A program made the translations under genes and the position numbers. Positions 42,147-51,314 of a stretch of DNA of 64,000 bases are shown piece by piece (the stretch's first letter is position 1; every line of letters begins with the position of its first letter). Under the pieces are notes generated by a model. It saw only the letters and a program-made list of their open reading frames with translations, did not search any database and was not told the DNA's origin. Source of the stretch: a candidate division WOR-3 bacterium. GTDB taxonomy: Bacteria > Hydrothermota > Hydrothermia > LBFQ01. The stretch is from the NCBI GenBank assembly GCA_039802605.1, contig JBDRWW010000002.1, positions 96,001 to 160,000 on the forward strand. The letters are read 5' to 3'.

Positions 42147-43964
42147 ATGCCTTTAAGGTTTATAGCAACGGATTGCGGAAGTACAACGACAAAGGCCATA
42201 ATGGTTGAGAAGAGGGAGGAGGGTTGGAGGCTTATAGCAAGGGGTGAGGCGCCAACCACCGTAGAAAAGCCCTTTGAGGATGTTACGGTTGGTGTTAGGA
42301 ATGCGATAAGGGAATTGGAAGAGATAACGGGGGTTAAACTCCTTGATGAAAACGGGGAAATAATAAAAATGGAAAACCCAACGGAGGATATGGGTACAAA
42401 TGCCTATGTTTCAACATCTTCGGCGGGTGGTGGCTTACAAATGTTGGTGGTAGGTGTTGTTAAGAGCATGACGGCAGAATCCGCCGCAAGGGCGGCTTTG
42501 GGTGCGGGTGCGATAGTTATGGAGATTATTTCAATAGATGACGGGAGAAAACCTTACGAAAAGGTTGAACTTATAAGAAAACTAAGGCCAGATATGATTC
42601 TGCTCGCCGGTGGGGTTGAAGGGGGTACGATTAAACATGTGGTTGAATTGGCGGAACTAATAGCCGCGGCCAATCCGAAACCCAGATTCGGTTCAACCTA
42701 CAAAATGCCCGTAATTTATGCGGGGAATTCGAAGGCGAAGGAAGAGGTTAAAAAAATCCTCGGGGAAAAAACCGCCCTTTATATCGTTGATAATATAAGG
42801 CCTTCCCTTGATACGGAAAATTTACACCCGGCAAGGGAGAAAATACACGACCTGTTTTTGGAACATGTGATGCAACAGGCACCGGGATATTCCAAACTTA
42901 TGGGGATGACCGATGCCCCGATAGTGCCAACACCTGGGGCGGTTGGTATGCTTATAGAAAGGGTTGCCAAGATGGAGGGTATAGAGGTTCTCGGTGTGGA
43001 TATAGGTGGTGCAACAACGGATGTTTTTAGCGTGTTTAAGGGTATATTCAACAGGACGGTTTCCGCAAACCTGGGGATGAGTTATTCGATATCAAATGTA
43101 ATGGTTGAGGCGGGCATAGAAAACATAATGAGGTGGCTACCCTTCAAAATAAATCCTTCATCCTTAAAAAACAGGATTCGAAATAAGATGATTAGGCCAA
43201 CAACAATACCGCAGACGTTGGAAAGCTTAATAGTTGAGCAGGCAATAGCGCGTGAGGCTTTGAGGCTTTCCCTTGAGCAGCACAAAATGTTTGCCACCGA
43301 GTTAAAAGGGGTTCAAAGGGGCGGCGATATATCAAGGGCCATTGAGGATGTCGGGGAATACACCCTCGTTAATATGATGACATTAAATTTAATAATAGGT
43401 TCCGGAGGGGTTTTATCCCATGCCCCCAGGAGGGTTCAATCCGCCCTAATGATGATAGACGCCTTCCAACCCAGGGGTATAACCAAGTTGGCCGTGGATA
43501 GCATATTCATGATGCCCCATTTGGGTGTTATATCAACCATAAACGAAGAGGCCGCATGGCAGGTTTTTGATAAGGATTGCCTTATAAGGCTGGGAACGGT
43601 TATAGCCCCGGTTGTCGTTGAAAAACCCGGGAAAACCGTTTTAAGGGCTAAGGTTGAGTATCCCGATGGGAGGGTTGAAGGGGTGGATTTAAAGTTTGGC
43701 GATATAATAAAACTTGAACTCCCCCTTGGGGTTAAGGCCAAGGTTTACCTTGAACCCATTAGGGGTGCGGATGTTGGGGAGGGAAGGGGAAAGAAGTATA
43801 TGGCGGAGGTTGAAGGGGGTGTTGTGGGTCTAATATTTGATGGTAGGGGAAGGCCTTTGTACATTCCCGAAAACGACGACGAAAGAATTGAGAGTTTGAT
43901 AAAGTGGTACGAATCCCTGGATGTATATCCGAGGATACTTGAAACCGTGGTAAGCGGTGTATGA
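42147..43964 (+). CDS. GlmL/MutL-like (glutamate mutase accessory) actin-fold ATPase
   Basis: DCGSTTTK, SSAGGGL, LLAGG.EGG, VDIGGATTDV.S, IIGSGGVL. Confidence 0.8.
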   Translation: MPLRFIATDCGSTTTKAIMVEKREEGWRLIARGEAPTTVEKPFEDVTVGVRNAIRELEEITGVKLLDENGEIIKMENPTEDMGTNAYVSTSSAGGGLQMLVVGVVKSMTAESAARAALGAGAIVMEIISIDDGRKPYEKVELIRKLRPDMILLAGGVEGGTIKHVVELAELIAAANPKPRFGSTYKMPVIYAGNSKAKEEVKKILGEKTALYIVDNIRPSLDTENLHPAREKIHDLFLEHVMQQAPGYSKLMGMTDAPIVPTPGAVGMLIERVAKMEGIEVLGVDIGGATTDVFSVFKGIFNRTVSANLGMSYSISNVMVEAGIENIMRWLPFKINPSSLKNRIRNKMIRPTTIPQTLESLIVEQAIAREALRLSLEQHKMFATELKGVQRGGDISRAIEDVGEYTLVNMMTLNLIIGSGGVLSHAPRRVQSALMMIDAFQPRGITKLAVDSIFMMPHLGVISTINEEAAWQVFDKDCLIRLGTVIAPVVVEKPGKTVLRAKVEYPDGRVEGVDLKFGDIIKLELPLGVKAKVYLEPIRGADVGEGRGKKYMAEVEGGVVGLIFDGRGRPLYIPENDDERIESLIKWYESLDVYPRILETVVSGV

Positions 43965-44887
43965 GGGTTTTAAACCTTTCAAGGAGATTAAGGGTTAAGG
44001 AATACGAGCAGGTTTTTGATCTATCCCACATGCCCGATATAGTTATAGCGGATAAAACAACGCCAAAAGATTACCTAAATGCCATTTCTCAGCACTTTAT
44101 AACCGCATTTGTCGGTAAAACGGATATACCCACGGTTGATTATAGGTTTTCAAGTGAGAAGGATTTAATTGAATTCCTTGAAGAATATTCTTCAAAAGGC
44201 ATAAGGAGGAGGCTGAAAGACCTATACAATTCGGTTTATGAATTAAAGGACGACGAGGTTGTCCCGTATGTAATATATTTTGGGTATTCGGCTTATATTT
44301 ATGAGAGGATAAAGACCGTTTTACTCCACCCGTTAAAGCCTTGGATAGTAATATACGGCCCGGTTGGTTCCGGAAAGTTGGCCCTTGTGAAATCCATTCT
44401 CGGGGATAATTATATAGACATCTTTCACATATCCGAAAAGCATAAGATAGGATTTAGGGTTGAGGATAAACCGGAAGAGATTAACGGTGTTGTAATAAAC
44501 ACTTCCCTTTTGGAAGGTGAATCCGAAATAAAGGAGATTATGGATTTCCTTTATTCAAGGGGTTATCAGGCAACCTTTATAGTTGAAAGTAAGAAAATAC
44601 CGCAGATATTAAAAACAATCCCATCCTTTTACATTCCGGCGTTAATAGAAAGACCCATAAAGGAGAGGCTTTTAATACTTGAGCACCTTTTGAGGAACCT
44701 TTCAAAAATCGTTAAAAAGGATGTTGAGGTTGACGAGGACTTTATAAGGGTATATTTCTCATACGATTGGCCTAAGAATTTCAGCGAGCTTGAAAACGCC
44801 ATAAGGTTTGCCCTGTCTATAAACGACGGGGTTCTTAAAGCGGAAAATTTGCCCGAACACATAAAAGGGTTTTCCGGCATAGAATAG
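43961..44887 (+). CDS. Degenerate sigma54-activator-like AAA protein
   Basis: GPVGSGK, IPAL.ER, YDWPKNFSELENAI; no GAFTGA, no clear Walker B or Fis HTH. Confidence 0.55.
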   Translation: MRVLNLSRRLRVKEYEQVFDLSHMPDIVIADKTTPKDYLNAISQHFITAFVGKTDIPTVDYRFSSEKDLIEFLEEYSSKGIRRRLKDLYNSVYELKDDEVVPYVIYFGYSAYIYERIKTVLLHPLKPWIVIYGPVGSGKLALVKSILGDNYIDIFHISEKHKIGFRVEDKPEEINGVVINTSLLEGESEIKEIMDFLYSRGYQATFIVESKKIPQILKTIPSFYIPALIERPIKERLLILEHLLRNLSKIVKKDVEVDEDFIRVYFSYDWPKNFSELENAIRFALSINDGVLKAENLPEHIKGFSGIE

Positions 44888-44893
44888 ATGATT

Positions 44894-45925
44894 ATGAAAA
44901 GGGGCATTTTGTTGATTTTGTTTGCACAATGGTTGTACGCAATACCCTTCTTTTCAAGAAAGTTTAATATATCCTGTACAGAATGCCATGCGGGTTATCC
45001 AAAACTGACATATGAGGGAGAAAAATTAAAGGAAAACCTATATTTACCGCAAAATTTCAACCCAAGGCTTCAAACGATGGATTTAAAGGGTGATAGGAAG
45101 ATATACCTACAAAGGGATATTCCGATTTCCGGGAGGATAAGGACACTAATGGGTTTAGTGGCCATGGAAAAAAAGTTTTACGGGCATACTTCAACATACG
45201 CAACGGTTTATGCGTCATCAAATATGAGCTCAAACTCTTCCTTTTTTGTGGCCGTGGAGGGTGGAAAGGATACATTTTATATAAGGGAGGCCTTTTTTAG
45301 GATAAATTTACCCCTTAATTCTTCCGCCTTTATCGGAAAAACAGACCTTTCGGAGTTTTTCTTCAAGAGATATAACAGGATAACTTATGAGGATTACTCG
45401 GTTTATGATTTTGCGGGATTAAACGGAACAGGAATAACTTTAAGGTTTTCACCGTATATATGGCTTGGGTTTATCGATGTGGAAAGGGGAATATGGTTTG
45501 GTAGAGCCGGCTTAAACTCAAAATACTTTTCCTTTGGGGTTTTCGGAATACCCAAAAATAACGCCCAAAGGTACGGTTCGGATATAAGGTTTAGGTTTGG
45601 GCCTTTTGATTTTATCACAAGTGTTGTGTTCGGCTTTGATCAGGAATTGGGGAGCTTTGAAAGAAACGAAAATTCATTCGTAGCCGGATACTCGGCCCTT
45701 GATATGGTTTTTGGGTATAACTTTTTCATATCTTTACTTTACAACTACATAGGCTCATTTCACGAACCCCATAATAAAGACTTTCACAAAAGTATAATAA
45801 CCCTCGCCTTCGGGCACTACCCTTTGAGGAATTTAAGGGCTGGGATAGAAGTGGGTTATAACACCGCGGCAAAATATCCGGCAAATGGGACATACGGGGG
45901 TATAACCCTTGACTGGGCTTTCTAA
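44894..45925 (+). CDS. Outer-membrane beta-barrel with N-terminal c-type heme motif
   Basis: Signal peptide ending YA/IP, CTECH (44975-44989), beta-strand-rich remainder, C-terminal LDWAF. Confidence 0.65.
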   Translation: MKRGILLILFAQWLYAIPFFSRKFNISCTECHAGYPKLTYEGEKLKENLYLPQNFNPRLQTMDLKGDRKIYLQRDIPISGRIRTLMGLVAMEKKFYGHTSTYATVYASSNMSSNSSFFVAVEGGKDTFYIREAFFRINLPLNSSAFIGKTDLSEFFFKRYNRITYEDYSVYDFAGLNGTGITLRFSPYIWLGFIDVERGIWFGRAGLNSKYFSFGVFGIPKNNAQRYGSDIRFRFGPFDFITSVVFGFDQELGSFERNENSFVAGYSALDMVFGYNFFISLLYNYIGSFHEPHNKDFHKSIITLAFGHYPLRNLRAGIEVGYNTAAKYPANGTYGGITLDWAF

Positions 45926-46799
45926 GGAGGTTAAGGAAAAGTGGGATTATTATGTTGAACTGATAAACACGGCCTTGGATATATTTTTACCCTGCGAGAA
46001 GGAAGAACCCACGGAACTGTATAAGGCGATAAGATATGCCGTATTTTCGGGGGGTAAGAGGTTAAGGCCTACCTTATCCTTGGCAACGGCTGAGGCCTTT
46101 GGGGCGGATCCAAAGGCCATATTACCCCAAGCGGCGGCCATAGAGATGATACACACATTTACATTGGTTCATGACGACTTACCGGATATAGATAACGACG
46201 ATTTCAGAAGGGGTAAACCCACCGTACATAAGGTTTTTGGAAACGACATAGCAATATTGGCGGGCGATGCCCTATTCGCCTGCGCCTTTAAGACGGCCCT
46301 AAGGGGTTCTTTATCCGATGATAAAAAGATAAAGATTTTAAAGGAGATAACAAACGCGCTATGTTATAAGGGGGTTATAGAAGGGCAGGTTGCGGATATA
46401 AAATCCACAAAAAGGAAATCCACATACGAAGATATGATCTTTATACACACCCACAAGACGGGAAAGTTAATAGAATGCTCTGTAATGGTTGGCGTAATAG
46501 GTGCGGATGCCCCATTAGAAGTGCATGGTTATATGAGGAAATTCGGTCAAAATTTGGGTCTGGCATTTCAAATAAAGGACGACCTTCTGGATGCATTTGG
46601 AGACGAAGAAAAGGTTGGGAAGAAGCTGAGGAAGGACTACAATAAGGCCTCTGCCGCCGCAATACTCGGTAAGGAGAAGGCCGAGAAGATGATGAGGGAA
46701 TTAATAGACGAGGCAAAGAAAAATCTGAGGAAAGCGGTGGGTGATAATGGGAAATTCTTGGAAGAACTTGCGGAGTATATAATAACACGAGAAGAATGA
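45909..46799 (+). CDS. ispA: Short-chain polyprenyl diphosphate synthase (IspA/GGPPS)
   Basis: GGKRLRP, HDDLPDIDNDDFRRGKPT, KTG, FQIKDDLLD. Confidence 0.88.
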   Translation: MTGLSKEVKEKWDYYVELINTALDIFLPCEKEEPTELYKAIRYAVFSGGKRLRPTLSLATAEAFGADPKAILPQAAAIEMIHTFTLVHDDLPDIDNDDFRRGKPTVHKVFGNDIAILAGDALFACAFKTALRGSLSDDKKIKILKEITNALCYKGVIEGQVADIKSTKRKSTYEDMIFIHTHKTGKLIECSVMVGVIGADAPLEVHGYMRKFGQNLGLAFQIKDDLLDAFGDEEKVGKKLRKDYNKASAAAILGKEKAEKMMRELIDEAKKNLRKAVGDNGKFLEELAEYIITREE

Positions 46800-48058
46800 T
46801 AAAACTCAGCGTATCGGGTTTAAGGGGCATTGTAGGGAAAGGTTTAACGCATAAGGAGGTTTTAGACTATTCCTTAGCATACGGCATCATTTATGAGGGT
46901 GGGAAATTGGCCGTTGGTATGGATACTAGGGAAAGCGGTTTTGCCTTAAAAAGCCTTGTAAAAGGCGCTTTAATGCTTTGTGGAAGCGATGTTTATGATT
47001 TTGGAATAATACCAACACCGGCGTTTTTAAGGATGATAAAGGTTTTAAACCTTGACGGTGGAATAATCATAACGGCGAGCCACAACCCGCCACAATGGAA
47101 TGCGTTAAAATTTGCTTTTGGGGATAGGTTGAGTAGGGATTCCGAGGTTGAAAAGGTTAGGAATAATCTGGGAAAGGAACCAAAATACGCAACATTCGGT
47201 AAGGAATATAGCGTAGAGGTGCTGAACATATACCTTACAAACTTTCCGAAGTTTGACCTAAGCGGCCTGAAAGTCGTTTTGGACTTTCAAAACGGGGCAA
47301 CATCGGGGTGGGTTGATAGGGTTTTTGAGAAACTCGGCGCGGAAGTATTTACGATAAGGGGAAGTGGGAAATTACCCGAAGACCCGGAACCGAAAAGGGA
47401 AAAGTTTTTTTTAATGGATGAAGTTTTAAGGGAAGGGTATGCGGATGTGGGGTTTGGATTTGATCCGGATGGGGATAGGGTTATATGCGGTTTAAAGGGA
47501 TTGGGTATGCTTTCCGAAGAGCAAACCACAGCCTTAGCGCTATACTCGGCGGCAAAAACTTTTAATATTCCCAAAAAAGCCGTTTTAAACCTATCAACAT
47601 CGGTTCTATCGGAGAGGGTTTTGAGGGATTTGGGGTATGAGGTTTCGAGGTGGAAGGTTGGGGAACCCAACATAATTGAATATATGGAAAGCATTGGCGC
47701 AAAATTGGGGGGTGAGGGAAATGGTGGTTTGATATATTACGATTTCACAAAGGGTAGGGATGGGATATTGGCATCGGTTTTAATAGGTAAGTTGGTAAAA
47801 GAAGGGGACATTCCCGATTTTATTCTAAAAAACCCTTACGATATGGTAAAATTGAAGTTTTCGGGAGAAATTGAAGACATTATGGAAAGGGTAAAAGTTT
47901 TGATAGATGGCTGGGATTTTGTGGGAATTGACGGTTATTATTTTAGGAATGGTGATAATTGGCTTCATATAAGGCCCTCAAATACCGAACCCGTAATAAG
48001 GGTTGTTGTTGAAGGGGATGAAAAGTTTGTGAAGGGTATCCTAAAAGTTTTAGAGTAA
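46796..48058 (+). CDS. Alpha-D-phosphohexomutase (PMM/PGM/GlmM family)
   Basis: TASHNP, DPDGDR, GGEGNGG, RPSNTEP. Confidence 0.92.
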   Translation: MIKLSVSGLRGIVGKGLTHKEVLDYSLAYGIIYEGGKLAVGMDTRESGFALKSLVKGALMLCGSDVYDFGIIPTPAFLRMIKVLNLDGGIIITASHNPPQWNALKFAFGDRLSRDSEVEKVRNNLGKEPKYATFGKEYSVEVLNIYLTNFPKFDLSGLKVVLDFQNGATSGWVDRVFEKLGAEVFTIRGSGKLPEDPEPKREKFFLMDEVLREGYADVGFGFDPDGDRVICGLKGLGMLSEEQTTALALYSAAKTFNIPKKAVLNLSTSVLSERVLRDLGYEVSRWKVGEPNIIEYMESIGAKLGGEGNGGLIYYDFTKGRDGILASVLIGKLVKEGDIPDFILKNPYDMVKLKFSGEIEDIMERVKVLIDGWDFVGIDGYYFRNGDNWLHIRPSNTEPVIRVVVEGDEKFVKGILKVLE

Positions 48059-48084
48059 TATTTTCTTATAAATTTATTTGTCGC

Positions 48085-48114
48085 TTGACTTTGAAAACAC
48101 TACACTCTTAGAAT
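48085..48114 (+). promoter_or_regulatory. sigma70-like promoter TTGACT-N18-TAGAAT
   Basis: -10 box 9 nt before ATG 48124. Confidence 0.55.
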
Positions 48115-48123
48115 TGCAGCATC

Positions 48124-49206
48124 ATGAAAAGGTTTATAGTTTTGTTTATCCTGCCGTTTGTGCCCCTGTTTGGAGAAGCTCCAATCGGAATGTGTGGGAA
48201 AACCCCCTTTACCCCTGTGGATGTTTCACCTATGGCAACCCCGTTTTTCCAACTTTACAGGGAAGTTGTCAACGGCGATTTCGTCGCAGGAGGTTGTGCC
48301 CTTAGTTCCGGAGGTTCTTGTTCTATAACGATAAGCGGAATTCCCGCGGGTTCATCCGTCGTTAAAGCTTATCTGTTTTGGGTCACACAGGGTTCCGTCA
48401 CATCTGGTGTTTTCAACGGAACACCCATAACGGGAACATTGGCCGGAAGCGATTGCTCAAGTTGTTGGGGCGGATATCCCACAAATGTATATTACGCGGA
48501 TGTAACGCCATATGTATCGGGCAACGGTACATACAGCCTTTCTAGTTTTGGGTCTATAACCTGCGGGGGCCCCGGGCCGGAAGGTGCGGCTCTCATCGTG
48601 GTGTATGGCAACGGTGCGGAAACCAAAAGAACTATAACCGTATATACGGGTGCTTGGGAGTGGGTCTGTTCAGGGAATTACACATGGACACATACCGGTT
48701 TTACCGCCACAAATCCCGTAACATCGGCTAAGTATTTGGTAGCATTTGGCAATGGACAAAACTTTGGAGAAGTTGGAGGAGAATATGTATATCTTAACGG
48801 AAACCTGATAACCACTGACATAGACGGTTTAACCGGTCCGGGTTCCGGTCCCTGTGGAAACGGTTCCCTTTGGGATGTATTCCAGGGAAGCGCGACCAGC
48901 TGGATACCCGGAGGGGCAACGAGTGCAACTTTTTCTTTTAATAATTCGGAGGCTGCCGATTGTTGGCATATTACTGTGAGTGTTTTATCGGTTTCCTCGG
49001 ATGATGCTTTAACATATACCTGTGCTGCGGGTTATGATGATCCGGTTCTCGTTGATGAAAGCAAAGGCGTATATTACGAAGGGGATATGACGGTTTATAG
49101 TATAGGCGGCTCGGTGATTTACAAGGGTAAAGGGTTTGTAAAATTGCCCAAGGGGGTTTATTTCATAAGGTATAAGGATGGGGTTAAGAAGGTGTTAGTC
49201 CGTTAA
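48124..49206 (+). CDS. Secreted Cys/Gly/Ser/Thr-rich protein (DUF3344-like) with T9SS-like CTD
   Basis: Signal peptide; VVKAYLFW, YYADVTPYV, ALIVVY; CTD LPKGVYFIR...KKVLVR. Confidence 0.65.
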   Translation: MKRFIVLFILPFVPLFGEAPIGMCGKTPFTPVDVSPMATPFFQLYREVVNGDFVAGGCALSSGGSCSITISGIPAGSSVVKAYLFWVTQGSVTSGVFNGTPITGTLAGSDCSSCWGGYPTNVYYADVTPYVSGNGTYSLSSFGSITCGGPGPEGAALIVVYGNGAETKRTITVYTGAWEWVCSGNYTWTHTGFTATNPVTSAKYLVAFGNGQNFGEVGGEYVYLNGNLITTDIDGLTGPGSGPCGNGSLWDVFQGSATSWIPGGATSATFSFNNSEAADCWHITVSVLSVSSDDALTYTCAAGYDDPVLVDESKGVYYEGDMTVYSIGGSVIYKGKGFVKLPKGVYFIRYKDGVKKVLVR

Positions 49207-51314
49207 ATTACAGACAAGGGGTCTATATTGAATATTCGCTTGCCCCGTAGTTTTAGGTTATTCAATGTTTGGAACAACCGACCGATTTTTCTGTAATCAT
49301 CGCCTATCAAAACCAACCTTATGCGGTATTTACCGTATAACTTTGAAATCGGAGGGGGTGAGGGGCCCCATACCTTTACATCCCCTTTATAGTTATTCAC
49401 AAATTCGCTTAAAACCTTAAAATTAAATCCGTTGTTTTCCTCGGAAGATGTTCTAACCTCAAAAAATGCCATCCTTGTAAACGGTGGGAAACCGAGCCTT
49501 TTCCTTTCATTGTATAACATTTGATAAACATCATCAAAATTCCCATCAATCAAAGCCTTAAAAACCCTATGTGTTGGATTGTATGTTTGTATTAATGTTA
49601 GACCCCCTTTCCTTATCCTTCCCGAAACCTGGGCCAAATATTGCAAGGCCCTCTCTTCCGCGCGGAAGTCGTTCCCCCTATACAGAAACTCATCGGCGTT
49701 TAAAACCCCAACAAAACCAACATTCTCAAAATCCAAACCCTTTATAACCATTTTTGTACCCACCAAAACCCTAACCTTACCCTCACCAAATTCCTTTAAA
49801 ATCTTTAAGGCTTCACCCCTTTTCCTAATAACATCCGAATCCATTCTAAAAACTTCAACCTTTAACATTTCCCTTAAATACCTTTCTACCCTTTGCGTCC
49901 CGAACCCAACACCCCTTAAATTCGTTCCCCCGCAGTACTCGCATGTTAAAGGTATATCCTGAGAAAACCCGCAGATATGACACTTTAAGTATTCCCCCTT
50001 TTGCCCTTTGTGAAGGGCTAAGACAACATCACAGTTTTCACACCTTACGGGGTTTCCGCAATCACCGCAGAAGAAATAGGGCAAATATCCCCTTCGGTTT
50101 ATGTATATTATAGCATTTTTCCCCTTTTCCAATGTGGAATTTAATTCTTCTAAAAACTTCTTGGAAAACACCCCGTTTATCAACTTTTGTTTTCTCAAAT
50201 CCACGATTTCTATTTTTGGGTTTTCGTATTCATAAATCCTCTTGGTTAAAATCAATCGCTTGTATTTCCCGAGTTTCATATTGTGAAAGCTTTCCAAAGA
50301 GGGAGTGGCACTCCCAAGAATAACGGGGATTCCCAAGAGTTTAGCCCTATAAACCCCCAAGTCTCTGGCGTTAAAAAACGGTAGCCTTTCCTCCTCCTTA
50401 AAACTCTCTTCAAATTCCTCATCAACAATGATTATCCCCAAGTCTTTAAAGGGTAAAAAAACCGCATTTCTCGTTCCCATAACAACGGTTATATTACCGT
50501 CAAGAACCCCTTTCCAAACGCTCAACCTATAACCCTCCGGCATGCCGCTATGGTATAGGGCAAACCTATTACCGAAAGCGTTTTGAAAAACCTTCGCAAG
50601 GTGATAGGATAAAAATATTTCCGGAACCAGTATTAATACACTTTTGCCGGAATTAACAACCTTTTCGGCGGATTTCAGATATACATAAGTCTTTCCCGAA
50701 CCCGTTGGTCCCCATAAGTAAAAAGGCGAAAACCCATCTCTTTCAATGGCGGAATAAATTGAATTTAAAACCCTCATCTGTTCAGGTGTGGGTGTGTTGG
50801 GTATGTTAAAGCTTCCAAATTCATAAATCTTAGGGGGTTTGAAATTGGGAAATTTGAAATCTTCAAATCGTTTAACCAAACCCATCCTTTCCCATTTTTT
50901 GAGGTAATAGGTCAAATCCCTACCGAATTTTTTCTTAATTGAGGACCTAGTCCTCGGCTCTTTAATGTAATCCCAAAGTTCCAGCATTTTGGTTTTTGGG
51001 GGTTTATCCCCCACCCTGAGGTAATATACCCTTATAGCCTTATGGAAAGCACCGGGAAGTATTAGGTTCAAAAAAAGGTTTAACGGGTTGTGATAGTATT
51101 CGGATGCAAACTCTACCAATTTTAAAACATCCTCCGGAAGCGTTATGTTTAGGTTTTCTGCCCTTTTTAAACCGTTTGTATTAATGCCTTCATCAACCGA
51201 CCATACAACGCCTATATTGGTGTTGTTCCTTACATCAACCCTTACAACATCCCCTATCCTTCCATCCCCCTTATACTGGAACAAACCCGCCTTTGTTAAT
51301 ACGTTTAGTTTCAA
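49203..51314 (-). CDS. priA: Primosomal protein N'
   Basis: GPTGSGKT, VDEE, GSATPS, four CxxC, KGLDF, Q.SGR. Confidence 0.93.
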   Translation of the reverse strand: MKLNVLTKAGLFQYKGDGRIGDVVRVDVRNNTNIGVVWSVDEGINTNGLKRAENLNITLPEDVLKLVEFASEYYHNPLNLFLNLILPGAFHKAIRVYYLRVGDKPPKTKMLELWDYIKEPRTRSSIKKKFGRDLTYYLKKWERMGLVKRFEDFKFPNFKPPKIYEFGSFNIPNTPTPEQMRVLNSIYSAIERDGFSPFYLWGPTGSGKTYVYLKSAEKVVNSGKSVLILVPEIFLSYHLAKVFQNAFGNRFALYHSGMPEGYRLSVWKGVLDGNITVVMGTRNAVFLPFKDLGIIIVDEEFEESFKEEERLPFFNARDLGVYRAKLLGIPVILGSATPSLESFHNMKLGKYKRLILTKRIYEYENPKIEIVDLRKQKLINGVFSKKFLEELNSTLEKGKNAIIYINRRGYLPYFFCGDCGNPVRCENCDVVLALHKGQKGEYLKCHICGFSQDIPLTCEYCGGTNLRGVGFGTQRVERYLREMLKVEVFRMDSDVIRKRGEALKILKEFGEGKVRVLVGTKMVIKGLDFENVGFVGVLNADEFLYRGNDFRAEERALQYLAQVSGRIRKGGLTLIQTYNPTHRVFKALIDGNFDDVYQMLYNERKRLGFPPFTRMAFFEVRTSSEENNGFNFKVLSEFVNNYKGDVKVWGPSPPPISKLYGKYRIRLVLIGDDYRKIGRLFQTLNNLKLRGKRIFNIDPLSVI

